A stretch of DNA of 64,000 nucleotides from Pseudonocardiaceae bacterium (lineage in GTDB: Bacteria > Actinomycetota > Actinomycetes > Mycobacteriales > Pseudonocardiaceae): assembly GCA_035948315.1 (NCBI GenBank), contig DASZJG010000010.1, positions 24,815-88,814 of the forward strand. Reading direction: 5' to 3'. This document shows, in pieces, positions 17,959-27,645 of this stretch. The notes below the pieces were generated by a model. That model worked only from the letters and a program-made list of their open reading frames with translations, was not told the DNA's origin and ran no database searches. Numbering within the stretch: the first letter of the stretch is position 1; the number at the start of each line of letters is the position of its first letter. Made by a program: the position numbers and the translations under genes.

Positions 17959-20900
17959 TCACTGCCGGCCAGGTGGCGGGAGCTGCGGCGGGGTCTCCGC
18001 GGGGTGGTCGACCAGGGCCTTGAGCGCGAGCTGGATCGCGGTGTCCAGCTGAGGATCGCGGCCGGCCGCGCGGTCCTGCGGAGTGCGTACCACCTCGATG
18101 TCCGGATCGACGCCGTGGTTCTCAATGCCCCAGCCCGGTCCCTTGAACCAGTGCGCATACCGCGGCTGGGTGACCATGGTGCCGTCGACGAGGTAGTAGC
18201 GCATGTCGATACCGATCGTGCCGCCCCAGGTCCGGACGCCGACCACGGGCGCGATGCCACGGGCCTTGATCGCGTTGGTGACGACGTCACCGTCGGAACC
18301 GGAGAACTCATCGGCCACCGCGACGATCGGACCCCTCGGCGAGTCCTTCGGATAGGTCTCCACCGTCCACCGATCCCTGGCCACGCCCCAGCCGCCCACG
18401 GTCCGGGCGAGTCGTTCGACCACGAGCTGAGACAGGTGACCGCCGCGGTTCTCCCGCACGTCGACGACCAGCGCCTCGTACCGGACCTCCAACCGCAGAT
18501 CGCGGTGCAGTTGCGCCCAGCCGTTGGCGATCATGTCCGGCACGTGCAGGTAACCGACCCGGCCCTGGCTGGTCTCGTGCACGTACTCGCGCATGCCCGC
18601 GATCCACGCGTGGTAGCGCAGCGCCGTCTCATCGGCCAACGGGGTGACCACGACCCGGCGCGGCGAGCCGCCCTGCTCAGGGGTGATGGTCAGCTCCACC
18701 GGTTTGCCGGCAGTGCCGGCCAACAACGGCGCGGGGCCGAGCTCACGGGACACGAGTTGACCGTCGACCGCGAGCACCGCGTCACCCTCGCGGACGCGGA
18801 CCCCGGCCGCGCGCAGCGGCGAGCGGGCCCTCGGGTCGGAACTCTCACCGGGCAGGATCCGGCTGATCCGCCACCGACCGTCGGAGTCGCGGTGCAGGTC
18901 GGCGCCGAGTTTGCCAACCTGACGACGGCCGGTGGACTTCGGCGCAGGCGGCGTCACATAGGCGTGTGAGGTGCCCAGTTCGCCCTGGATTTCCCAGAGG
19001 ACGTCGCGGAAGTCGTCGTCGGTGCCGACCCGTTCGACGATCGGCCGGTACCGGCGCAGTTCGCCCTGCCAGTCGACGCCATTCATGTCCGCGCGCCAGA
19101 AGTGATCGCGCATCAGCCTGCCGGCCTCGTCGAAGCCCTGCCGCCATTCCGCGGCCGGGTCAACGGTGACCGTGATGCGGTCCAGGTCGACCTCGACCCG
19201 CTCCGCCCCAGGGTCGTTGCCGTCCTCGTGACCGGTCTTGCGGCGTGCCGCGACGACATACAGTTCCTCGCCGTCGCGAACCACGACGCGACGGCCGTCG
19301 CCGGAGACGGTGGCCGCGTCGATCTCGGTCTCGACCCGCTCCACACGGTGCCGGGTCAGGTCGAACCGCTCCAGGCTCGGTTTCGGCCGGACGATCGCGT
19401 TGGGCAGGCCCTCCCCGACGACCCCGAACACCGGATGCACCAACCAGAACAGCGCGTCCTCGGCGGCCTGCAAATCGGTGTAGACAGCGGGGTCGACCGG
19501 GACGGCGACCAGCCGGTCACCGATGCCCACGGTGTCCACCACGGTCACGGTGCTCGCCTGGTCGTTGTCCTGGCCGGCCGTAGCGTGCCGGTCGTCCTGG
19601 TCATCGACCGGTGGGCGGCCGGCCGGCTGCGGGTCGAACGGGGACGGGGTGTCCGCGCTGAGTGGCACCAGGTACGGGCGGCAGCCGCGCGGGAAGGACA
19701 CGTCGAACACGTGCACGTCGTAGACCGGGTCGAAACTGCGCACGGACAGAAACGCCAGATATTTGCCGTCCTGGGTGAACACCGGGTCGGAGTCGGTGAA
19801 CCGCAGGTCGGTGACGTCGACGGGAACCAGATCGGTGAGCGCGGCGATCCTGATCTGGCGCAACGGGTTCGGACCAGGATGCGACCAGGCCAGCCAGCGG
19901 GAGTCCGGCGAGAACGTCGGGCCGGTCGGGTCGCCCTCGGCGGCCTTGGTGACTTCGCTGAGTTCGCCGGACTCGGTGTTGATCAGCAGCAGCCTGCTGT
20001 CGTGGCTGACCACGGCGAGGTGGACGCCATCCGGTGCGGCGACGAGTTCCAGCACCCGGCCGAGCTGGCCGACGCCGATCCGGCGGGGCGGGGCGCCGAT
20101 GTCGCTGCCATCGGCGGGCGCGATCTGGATGGCGTCCTCGCCGTCGGCGTCGGTGATCCAGGCGACGTTGCCGGATTCGCCGAGCACCACCGGGGTACGG
20201 GCGCGGACGCCCGGCTCCACGGCCAACGCGCGGGCGGGTCCATCGGCGTGGGTGAGCCAATGCACCGTGCCGCGCACCTCGACCGCGCTCGCCCGGCCGG
20301 TGTGGTCCGGCACCACCACGCCCAGGTTCTTGGCGGTCTCGATCGGATAGGGCTGCCGGCCGGCGGCGGGGCCGCCCAGGGTGATGTCGAGCTTGCGGGG
20401 TGCGGCCCCGACATCGCTGAGCAGCCACAGCTCCCCAGCTGACTCGTACACGATCCGGGTGCCGTCGCCTGTGGCGTGCCGGGCGTAGAAATCGACGCCG
20501 AGCTCCGCGCCGCTGTGCCGGCGCAGGTCGGTGCCGTCCGGCGCGGCCGAGTAGAGGGCGCCGACGCCCTCGTGGTCGGACAGGAACGCGATCCGCTCGC
20601 CGAGCCAGGCCGGCGACTCGATGTTCCCGTCAAGCTCGGCCAGGATGCGGGCGAACTCGCCGTGGCCGGTGGGGTCGAGCCAGAGCTTGCCGGCGGTGCC
20701 ACCGCGATAGCGTTTCCACCAGGCCGGTTCACGGGCCATCAAGGTCGAGCTCAGCAGGACAGCGCCGGTGCGGCCGATGGCGAGCTCGCCGACCGGCCCG
20801 TAGGCAAGTTGCTCGGCCGGGCCGCCGGTGGCTGGCAGCGCGTGCGCCCAGGTATGCCGGTTCGACGGTTGGCCCGCCGCGGTCTTGGCTATCACCGTGC

Positions 20901-21192
20901 CATCGGCGCGCCAGCCGAGCACGTCGGTGGTCAGGTCGCCCCAGTAGGTCAGCCGGGTGCTCGCTCCCCCATCGGCGGGTGCGACGTGTACCTCGGGTGA
21001 GACGTCGCGCCAGCTGGTCCAGGCGATACTGGTGCCGTCCGGGGAGAACCGGGGGCGACGTGCTGGCACCCGGTCGGCCGACAGCCGCCAGGCCCGACCG
21101 CCGGTCAGCGGGGCGAGCCACACGTCGTCCTCGGCGACGAAGGTGACGAGATCCTCGTGCAGATGCGGGAACCGTAGATAGCTGTCAGTCAC
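17959..21192 (-). CDS. Tricorn protease (peptidase S41) homolog
   Basis: YLRFPHLH...FVAEDDVW N-terminus, WKRYRGGTAG, PDZ-like region, GYLHVPDM, DVRENRGG, catalytic FSGSDGD, GVRTWGG. Confidence 0.9.
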   Translation of the reverse strand: MTDSYLRFPHLHEDLVTFVAEDDVWLAPLTGGRAWRLSADRVPARRPRFSPDGTSIAWTSWRDVSPEVHVAPADGGASTRLTYWGDLTTDVLGWRADGTVIAKTAAGQPSNRHTWAHALPATGGPAEQLAYGPVGELAIGRTGAVLLSSTLMAREPAWWKRYRGGTAGKLWLDPTGHGEFARILAELDGNIESPAWLGERIAFLSDHEGVGALYSAAPDGTDLRRHSGAELGVDFYARHATGDGTRIVYESAGELWLLSDVGAAPRKLDITLGGPAAGRQPYPIETAKNLGVVVPDHTGRASAVEVRGTVHWLTHADGPARALAVEPGVRARTPVVLGESGNVAWITDADGEDAIQIAPADGSDIGAPPRRIGVGQLGRVLELVAAPDGVHLAVVSHDSRLLLINTESGELSEVTKAAEGDPTGPTFSPDSRWLAWSHPGPNPLRQIRIAALTDLVPVDVTDLRFTDSDPVFTQDGKYLAFLSVRSFDPVYDVHVFDVSFPRGCRPYLVPLSADTPSPFDPQPAGRPPVDDQDDRHATAGQDNDQASTVTVVDTVGIGDRLVAVPVDPAVYTDLQAAEDALFWLVHPVFGVVGEGLPNAIVRPKPSLERFDLTRHRVERVETEIDAATVSGDGRRVVVRDGEELYVVAARRKTGHEDGNDPGAERVEVDLDRITVTVDPAAEWRQGFDEAGRLMRDHFWRADMNGVDWQGELRRYRPIVERVGTDDDFRDVLWEIQGELGTSHAYVTPPAPKSTGRRQVGKLGADLHRDSDGRWRISRILPGESSDPRARSPLRAAGVRVREGDAVLAVDGQLVSRELGPAPLLAGTAGKPVELTITPEQGGSPRRVVVTPLADETALRYHAWIAGMREYVHETSQGRVGYLHVPDMIANGWAQLHRDLRLEVRYEALVVDVRENRGGHLSQLVVERLARTVGGWGVARDRWTVETYPKDSPRGPIVAVADEFSGSDGDVVTNAIKARGIAPVVGVRTWGGTIGIDMRYYLVDGTMVTQPRYAHWFKGPGWGIENHGVDPDIEVVRTPQDRAAGRDPQLDTAIQLALKALVDHPAETPPQLPPPGRQ

Positions 21193-21245
21193 CAGACCGA
21201 CGCTAACCGCAGATGCCCCGTCGAGGTAGCGCTTTCGCTCAGGTC

Positions 21246-22949
21246 TCAGTTTCCGGTGTCGGGGGTGCGGGCCTCGCGGACCTTGGCGAGCAGGGCCTCT
21301 TCCAGCGACCGCGGATTGTCGAAGCCGAGCTGGCGATAGGAGTCCCACTCCGCGTGGAGCAGGCCGGGCCGCACCTCGACCTGCTCGCCGAACCAGAGCA
21401 CGTTCCAGGTGCTCGGATCGAACGCCGGCCAGGCCGCTCCCGGCTGCCCGGTACGGATGACCGCCGCGTAAAGCTCGCCCATCTCATTACTGGCCCGAGC
21501 GATTGTTTCGTGGTGGCGCCGAAGCTCCTCGCCGCTGACCCCTTCGAAGAACGGCCAGGCGGCCAGACCTCGCTCGGAGTGGTTGCGCCACAGAAACGGC
21601 ATGTCGCCCGTGTGAGTCGCGCGGAACTGGCCGTTCAGACCGGGTAGGTCGTAGGAGAACTGGAACACGCGCACGGGGATCTGCTGTGCGCTGAGGTTCT
21701 GGGCGATCGCGAGCGAGGGCAACTTGAAGTACTCGAAGGACATGATGTCCGACAGCAGCAGGCCCGGCTTGTGATCGGGGTACTGTCCGCGGTAGCGCTG
21801 GTAGAGCTGTTCGGCCTTGTTTGCGCCGAAGACCTGGCTGAGGACCGATTGGACGTCCGTTGCCGTGCCATCGCGCACGGTCGCCGTGTGGCCGCGGAAG
21901 AACTGCCATTCGTCTTTGGCGAACCCGATGACCACTTCCAGGTCGGCCTTCTCGATGCGATTCTCGGCCAGATGCAGGGCAGGCAGTGTGGGCACCCAAG
22001 CGCCGTCGACAACCGCGCCCTGGGGGCGCCACGCGACGTGGGCGTCGGCCGGGAAATAGCGGCCCAGCACGGACTGCGCGGCGAGCAGCCGATTGGCGCT
22101 GATGTCGTGCAGTTCGGTTGGGTCCTGAACGCCCAGCAGTTCGAGATACTTGTGTGCCACGAAGGCGGCTTCCTCGGGCTGCTGGGTGCCCCAGGGGTTG
22201 TACGGCGAGAAGGACTGCAGGATGGCGCGCCGGAAGTAGCGGTGCGCCGCCGGGTTGGTCAACAGGTGGGAGACCGCTGTGGCACCAGCAGATTCGCCGC
22301 CGACAGTGAGGTTGTCCGGGTCGCCACCGAACGCGGCGATGTTCTCATGCACCCACGTCAGTGCGGTGAACTGGTCCTGCACGCCCAGGTTGACGGCCTC
22401 GGGCAGACCGACGTCCAGGAGTCCGAAGTGGACCCAGCCGTGGGCGCCGAGGCGATAGTTGGGCCGGACGACGATCAACTCGGCCTCACGAGCCAGTGTG
22501 GCTGCCCGTTCGCGTTCGAATGATCCGGAGCTGACGATGTTCGCCCCGCCGTGGAAATACAGATATACGGGCAGGTCCTTCAGGCGTGCCGCGTCGGGAA
22601 CCCAGATGTCCAGGTACAGGCAGTCCTCGTCGGCGTCGTTGTGGCGGTATGCCTGGAACACCGACAGCGGACCGGCGATGACACCGGGCACGCCGGGATC
22701 GATCTCTCCGACGATGCGGCTGACCTCGCGCTGGTTGGCGTAGTTCAGCTGATGCGAGGCGTGTCCGGGCCGGGTCGCATCGCGCACGCCTGTCCAGGGT
22801 TCGACCGGCTGGGGTGCGCGGAAGCGCAGCTCCCCCACCGGCGGCCGGGCGAAGGGAACTCCGCGAAATACGGTGACGCCTTCTTCTCGTGTCCCGCGCA
22901 GCAATCCTTCGGCGACCACCGCGATGCCCTGAGGGTCCACGGAGTTCAC
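21246..22949 (-). CDS. Carboxylesterase type B
   Basis: FRGVPFARPPVGELRF, EDCLYLDIW, GGDPDNLTVGGESAG (Ser), AKDEW (Glu), ATHTGD (His). Confidence 0.9.
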   Translation of the reverse strand: MNSVDPQGIAVVAEGLLRGTREEGVTVFRGVPFARPPVGELRFRAPQPVEPWTGVRDATRPGHASHQLNYANQREVSRIVGEIDPGVPGVIAGPLSVFQAYRHNDADEDCLYLDIWVPDAARLKDLPVYLYFHGGANIVSSGSFERERAATLAREAELIVVRPNYRLGAHGWVHFGLLDVGLPEAVNLGVQDQFTALTWVHENIAAFGGDPDNLTVGGESAGATAVSHLLTNPAAHRYFRRAILQSFSPYNPWGTQQPEEAAFVAHKYLELLGVQDPTELHDISANRLLAAQSVLGRYFPADAHVAWRPQGAVVDGAWVPTLPALHLAENRIEKADLEVVIGFAKDEWQFFRGHTATVRDGTATDVQSVLSQVFGANKAEQLYQRYRGQYPDHKPGLLLSDIMSFEYFKLPSLAIAQNLSAQQIPVRVFQFSYDLPGLNGQFRATHTGDMPFLWRNHSERGLAAWPFFEGVSGEELRRHHETIARASNEMGELYAAVIRTGQPGAAWPAFDPSTWNVLWFGEQVEVRPGLLHAEWDSYRQLGFDNPRSLEEALLAKVREARTPDTGN

Positions 22950-23020
22950 GTGTGCGGCTCCTTTGAGGCTATAGGAGGGCGCAGCCGTTGCGCCGCGCCC
23001 TCCTGGTCAGCCGGGATCTG

Positions 23021-23485
23021 CTATGCGGTCGCGGGAGTGGCGGCCACCGCGGACGCGAAGTCCGGGTTGATGCCCAGCTGCGCGAGCATGACGCTCACAC
23101 CGACATAGCAGTTGAAATCCGAGATCTTGCCGTCGCGCACGTACCAGAAGTCGCCGGTCGGGATGTCGAGCTTCGCTCCTGTGGGCTGGACCGCCCCGAC
23201 GGGCGTCTGGAACGGCTTGGTGAACGTGCCCTGGATCGACAACTCGATCGCGACGACGTCCCCGAGGACGGTGACCTTGTGCAGCTCCCGGTGAATGTCG
23301 GGCGCGAACGCGGTCATCCAGGTCAGGACGTCACCAAGGTGCTCACCCCGGTACTCCTGGCCGTTGACCATGTCCCGGAAAACGCCGTCCTCGGTGAACA
23401 GGTCAACGAACGCCTGGACGTCCAGGACGTCACCCTCCGCGTAGTGGTACGCCTTGCGCACGACCTCTTCAACGCTGGTGGTCAT
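23021..23485 (-). CDS. SnoaL/NTF2-like protein
   Basis: AFVDLFTEDGVF, VLGDVVAIEL, DFWYVRDGKI. Confidence 0.8.
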   Translation of the reverse strand: MTTSVEEVVRKAYHYAEGDVLDVQAFVDLFTEDGVFRDMVNGQEYRGEHLGDVLTWMTAFAPDIHRELHKVTVLGDVVAIELSIQGTFTKPFQTPVGAVQPTGAKLDIPTGDFWYVRDGKISDFNCYVGVSVMLAQLGINPDFASAVAATPATA

Positions 23486-23712
23486 TGCGAACTCCTCGTA
23501 TAGAAATCACATGATTGCTTTGCTGACGGTTCGGGTCGACAAGGCGCTTGGCGCCGAAGCCCATGCGTGGCACGGTCCGCCCGCGACGGAGATCGTCCCC
23601 GTCGCGCTCGCGTCTGGTGCCATCATGCCCTCCGATCCGTGCCTGTTCAACCCAGTTACTTGATGATTCAACTCGATGTGAGGCGACGTCCAAGTCGCCC
23701 ACCGGCGGCTGT

Positions 23713-24252
23713 TCAGCCGTTGAGCAGAGCCTCGACGCCCAGCTCGATCTTGATCTTGTCGCCGACCACGGCGGCGGGGATGTTCGGGCCGACGCCGAAG
23801 TCGGAGCGCTTGATCTCGGTGCTGGCGGAAACGCCGAGCACCTTGCCGTGCGGGCTGTCGGCGAAGCCGCCCAACTCGCCGGTCAGGGTGACGGGCTTGG
23901 TCACGCCGTGCAGCGTCAGATCGCCGTCGATCTCGACGTCTTCACCGTCGATGCGCACCGCGGTCGACGTGAACGCGAGCTGGTCGTGCTCTTCGACGTT
24001 CAGGAAATCGGCGGAGCGGACGTGGCCGTCGCGCTGCTCGTTGTTGGTGTCGACGCTGTCGGCCTTGATCGTCGCGGTCACCGAAGATTGCGCGGGGTCC
24101 TCGTGCGTGACGATCGTGCCGGACACGGCGTTGAAGCGACCGCGAACCTTGGACACGCTGAAGTGTCGAGCGATGAAAGCGACGTCCGAGTGCACCGGGT
24201 CGATGGTCCAGGTGCCGACGATGTACCCGGGGATGCGGGTTGCGGTAGTCAT
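23713..24252 (-). CDS. YceI-family protein
   Basis: WTIDPVHS, SKVRGRF, SVDTNNEQRDGHVRSADFL, GDLTLHGVTKPV; GGAGG RBS. Confidence 0.9.
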   Translation of the reverse strand: MTTATRIPGYIVGTWTIDPVHSDVAFIARHFSVSKVRGRFNAVSGTIVTHEDPAQSSVTATIKADSVDTNNEQRDGHVRSADFLNVEEHDQLAFTSTAVRIDGEDVEIDGDLTLHGVTKPVTLTGELGGFADSPHGKVLGVSASTEIKRSDFGVGPNIPAAVVGDKIKIELGVEALLNG

Positions 24253-24277
24253 CTTGCCGTCCTCCACGAGCGGTTTA

Positions 24278-24320
24278 GTTGAATGTTCAAGTCACAGTAC
24301 ATCAGACTTGACGGTTCAAC
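24278..24320. promoter_or_regulatory. Paired operators upstream of yceI
   Basis: GTTGAATGTTCAAG (24278) and CTTGACGGTTCAAC (24307); related site CTTGATGATTCAAC at 23659. Confidence 0.5.
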
Positions 24321-24411
24321 AACTGGCCTGGTGAAGCTACGGCGGACCTATCGCGGTTTCCAGGGTGACGGGTGCCTGACAAGGGACTCGCGCACGCCGA
24401 GGGCGGCATGC

Positions 24412-24651
24412 CTACGCGGGCCGGTCCTCGATGCCGATTCGCGGGAACGGGGTGGTGGAGAAGACGACCTCCATCGGGACCTCGAAGTACTCGGCGATGC
24501 GCAGTGCCAGATAGAGGCTGGCGCTGTACTCGCCGCGTTCGAGGTAGCCGACGGTCTGGTAGTGCACGCCGAGCGCCTCCGCGAGTTGGCGGCGGCTGAT
24601 GCCCCGCTCGGCCCGCAGCATGGCGATGCGGTTGTGCACCGTCTCGGTCAT
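24412..24651 (-). CDS. XRE-family HTH regulator
   Basis: NRIAMLRAERGISRRQLAEALGVHYQTVGYLERGEYSASL. Confidence 0.9.
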   Translation of the reverse strand: MTETVHNRIAMLRAERGISRRQLAEALGVHYQTVGYLERGEYSASLYLALRIAEYFEVPMEVVFSTTPFPRIGIEDRPA

Positions 24652-24658
24652 CCGTGCC

Positions 24659-25474
24659 TCACCCAACTCGCTGTATCGCCTTTCCCGTGCCGCGCCGGGT
24701 CATCCGCCGCAGCACTACGGGGGCCAGGACAAGCCCGAGGATCGCCCAGGCGCCGAGCACGGCGAAGGTTTCCCAGTCCCGCCACGAGTGCCCGATCTCC
24801 GCGATCATTGCCGAATCGGGCAGCAGCGCGGAGCGCATCCCCAGACCCAGCCAGTACATGGGGAACACCTGCGCGATCCACTGCACCCACTCGGGCAGCA
24901 CGGTGATCGGGACCAGGATGCCGGAGATCCCCGTCAGCACCAGGATCGGGATGGCGATGACGGCGGACACCCGAGCGTTGGGGAACAGCGAGCCGAGCAC
25001 GGCGCCGATGGGCAGGGTGGCGAGCAGCCCCAGCACGGTCACCAGTACGAACGTGAGCCAACCGCCGACGCCGGGCAGAGCCAGGTCATGGAACAGCAGC
25101 AGCGCGTACACCAGCATGATGGCGACGTTGGCCAGCGCGAATCCCGAGGCGACCAAGGTCTTTCCGGTCAGGTAGGCCGGCATGCCGTTGGGCAGTGCCT
25201 TGGCCCGCAGCAGTGTGCCGTCATCCCGGTCGGCGGCCAGCGTCTGGGTCATCAGGACCAGGCCGCCGGAGCACAGACCGGAGCCGAGCACGCTGGTCAG
25301 GATCACCGCTCCCAGGGGTACGGTGCTGCCACCCAGCGGCGCTGACCGCAGGAACGCGATCACGACCATGAAGACCACCGTCGGGAGGAAGTGCTGGACG
25401 AGTTCCGACGGCATGACGAAGATGTGCCGCAACTCGATACGGCCGCGGGCCAGCCCGAGCCTGATCCCGTTCAT
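24659..25474 (-). CDS. ABC-2 type permease
   Basis: Six TM helices; DRDDGTLLRAKALP, LPEWVQWIAQVFPMYW. Confidence 0.85.
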   Translation of the reverse strand: MNGIRLGLARGRIELRHIFVMPSELVQHFLPTVVFMVVIAFLRSAPLGGSTVPLGAVILTSVLGSGLCSGGLVLMTQTLAADRDDGTLLRAKALPNGMPAYLTGKTLVASGFALANVAIMLVYALLLFHDLALPGVGGWLTFVLVTVLGLLATLPIGAVLGSLFPNARVSAVIAIPILVLTGISGILVPITVLPEWVQWIAQVFPMYWLGLGMRSALLPDSAMIAEIGHSWRDWETFAVLGAWAILGLVLAPVVLRRMTRRGTGKAIQRVG

Positions 25475-26370
25475 CGGGTCACCTCCTGGAACTGGCGCAG
25501 AGCCGCATCGCCCGCGCCGGACTCGAAGTCCCGCACCAACGCCATGTAGGTGTCCTCCAGGCTGGCCTGACGGACCTCGACGTCGGCGATCTCCTCGCCG
25601 TACTGGGCGAAAAGCTCCCGCACGAACGTCGTCGAGTCGGTGCTGGAATGCACGAACCGCTCACCGTTGCGGGCCCACCGCACCTCGGCGGCGGCGTCCA
25701 CCCGGCGCGACAGGGCATCGGCGGAGCCGTCGGCGATCACCGTGCCGCCGGCCAGGATCACGATCCGGTCGGCGAGCTTCTCGGCCTCGTCGAGGTCGTG
25801 GGTGGTGAGCAGGATGGTGGTGTCCTCGAAGTCGGACAGCTCGTGCACGAAGTCGTGGAAATCGCGCCGCGACTCGGGATCGAAGCCTGCGGTCGGCTCG
25901 TCAAGGAACAGCAACTCGGGCCGGCCGACGATACCGACGGCAACGTCCAGCCTGCGTCGCTGCCCGCCGGACAGCATGCTGATCCGATGGTCGGCGTGCG
26001 CGGCCAGGCCGACCCGTTCGATCAGATCGTCGGCAGGCCACGGCGTGCGGTACGGCCGGTAGTACGTGGCAAGGTGCGCCAGCAGCTCGCGCACCCGCCA
26101 GTGGCGGTGGTCGCGCCAGGACTGGAGCACGATGCCCAGCCTGGCGCGCCACCTCTCATCGCCGCGCGCCGGGTCCACACCCAGCACGCTGACCTCGCCG
26201 GCCGAGCGCTTCCTGAATCCCTCCAGGATCTCGATCGTCGTGGTCTTGCCCGCCCCGTTCGGTCCGAGCAGGGCGAGCACCTCCCCCCGGGTGGCCTGGA
26301 ACGTGACCCCGGTCAGCACATCGGCCGAGCCGTAGCGCATCCACAAGTCACGAACGTCAAACACGCTCAT
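25471..26370 (-). CDS. ABC transporter ATP-binding protein
   Basis: GPNGAGKTT, LSGGQRRR, LFLDEPT; start MSVFDV at 26370. Confidence 0.9.
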   Translation of the reverse strand: MSVFDVRDLWMRYGSADVLTGVTFQATRGEVLALLGPNGAGKTTTIEILEGFRKRSAGEVSVLGVDPARGDERWRARLGIVLQSWRDHRHWRVRELLAHLATYYRPYRTPWPADDLIERVGLAAHADHRISMLSGGQRRRLDVAVGIVGRPELLFLDEPTAGFDPESRRDFHDFVHELSDFEDTTILLTTHDLDEAEKLADRIVILAGGTVIADGSADALSRRVDAAAEVRWARNGERFVHSSTDSTTFVRELFAQYGEEIADVEVRQASLEDTYMALVRDFESGAGDAALRQFQEVTR

Positions 26371-26618
26371 GAGCCCCTCCCCCTGTCTAATGTCACGGAC
26401 AGAATGTAGCAGATGTACTACATATCGAGGAAGAGGTACGACGAGCCGGCGGAAGGAGTTCCACGTTGTCGGCACTGTGACTCAATTCGCCCGACGGTTC
26501 GCGCGCCGCATCAAGTCGGGTGGGCGGGTGCCCGGCAGGATGGAGGCAGGACAGCTCCACCACATGCGGGGTGCGGGTGGCCTTGCTACGGTCCGCCGCG
26601 CACACGAGAAGGGACGAC

Positions 26619-27548
26619 ATGACCCATCCGTCCTGGTCAGGGACCTATCTAGAGCATCTCAGGAAATTCGTGGTCGTCGCCGAGGAACTGAACTTCTCCC
26701 AGGCCGCGCGCAAGCTGCACATCGCCGCATCCCCGCTCAGCCAGCGCATCAAGGACCTCGAACACGAACTGAAACAGCAGCTGTTCGAGCGCAGCACCCA
26801 CCGCGTCTCGCTCACGCCGGCGGGTGCTGCCCTGCTCCCGCTCGCCCGCGACGTGCTGGAGCGCTTCAACGCGATCCCGTGGAAGGTCCGCGAGGCCAGC
26901 ACCGGCCGGCGTGCCCCGCTGCTGCTCGGCATGCCGGCGGGCGTGCATCCGCTGCTCCGCGAGCGCGTGATCGCGCTGTCCGAGTCGGTCGAGGACCGCT
27001 ACGACCTCCAACGCTGGCCGGGCGTGTCGGCCGACCTCGTCGCCGCCGTCATCGACGGCCGACTGGCCCTCACACTGGCCCGCATGCCCATCACCGATCC
27101 GGCACTGGAGGTTCTCCCGGTGATGACCGAACGCCTCGGCGCGGCCGTCCCGGCCGACCAGTTCGAGGGGGTCGAGGACATCGCGCTCACGCAGCTCACC
27201 GAGCTGTCCTACCTGCCCCCGCCCGGCGACGGCAACACCACCTATTTCACCGAACTCGATTCCCGGTTGGACACCGCCGGAATCAAAAAACGAATTCGGT
27301 TGAACACCACCGACTACGCCGGAATAACCGAACTTATCTCCAGCGGAATAGCATTCTCGCTCACCATGCTCGACCCGCGCAGCCCCATGCACCGCTACGC
27401 CATGGACAACGTGGCCGTGCTCCCCGTCACAGAACTCGACGCGGCCCTCGTCACCGCTTTGACCTGGCGAAAAGACCGTGCTACCGGCGACATCCACGAG
27501 CTGGTCACCGCCGCAAGGACGATCTTCACCGCACCCATCACGGTATGA
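26619..27548 (+). CDS. LysR-family regulator
   Basis: HLRKFVVVAEELNFSQAARKLHIAASPLSQRIKDLE...LFERSTHRVSLTPAG. Confidence 0.9.
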   Translation: MTHPSWSGTYLEHLRKFVVVAEELNFSQAARKLHIAASPLSQRIKDLEHELKQQLFERSTHRVSLTPAGAALLPLARDVLERFNAIPWKVREASTGRRAPLLLGMPAGVHPLLRERVIALSESVEDRYDLQRWPGVSADLVAAVIDGRLALTLARMPITDPALEVLPVMTERLGAAVPADQFEGVEDIALTQLTELSYLPPPGDGNTTYFTELDSRLDTAGIKKRIRLNTTDYAGITELISSGIAFSLTMLDPRSPMHRYAMDNVAVLPVTELDAALVTALTWRKDRATGDIHELVTAARTIFTAPITV

Positions 27549-27645
27549 CCGCCGCGGTCACACCATTGTCCTTTTCTTGATCGTTCCCTTTTTTCTCGCC
27601 CATTACTAACGTCGTTGGTGAAGGCACGAGGGAAAGAGGGAAACA

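Noticed and set aside
24412-26620. ABC-2/XRE block as a RiPP or bacteriocin immunity cluster
   Set aside because: No precursor peptide or modifying enzyme is visible nearby.
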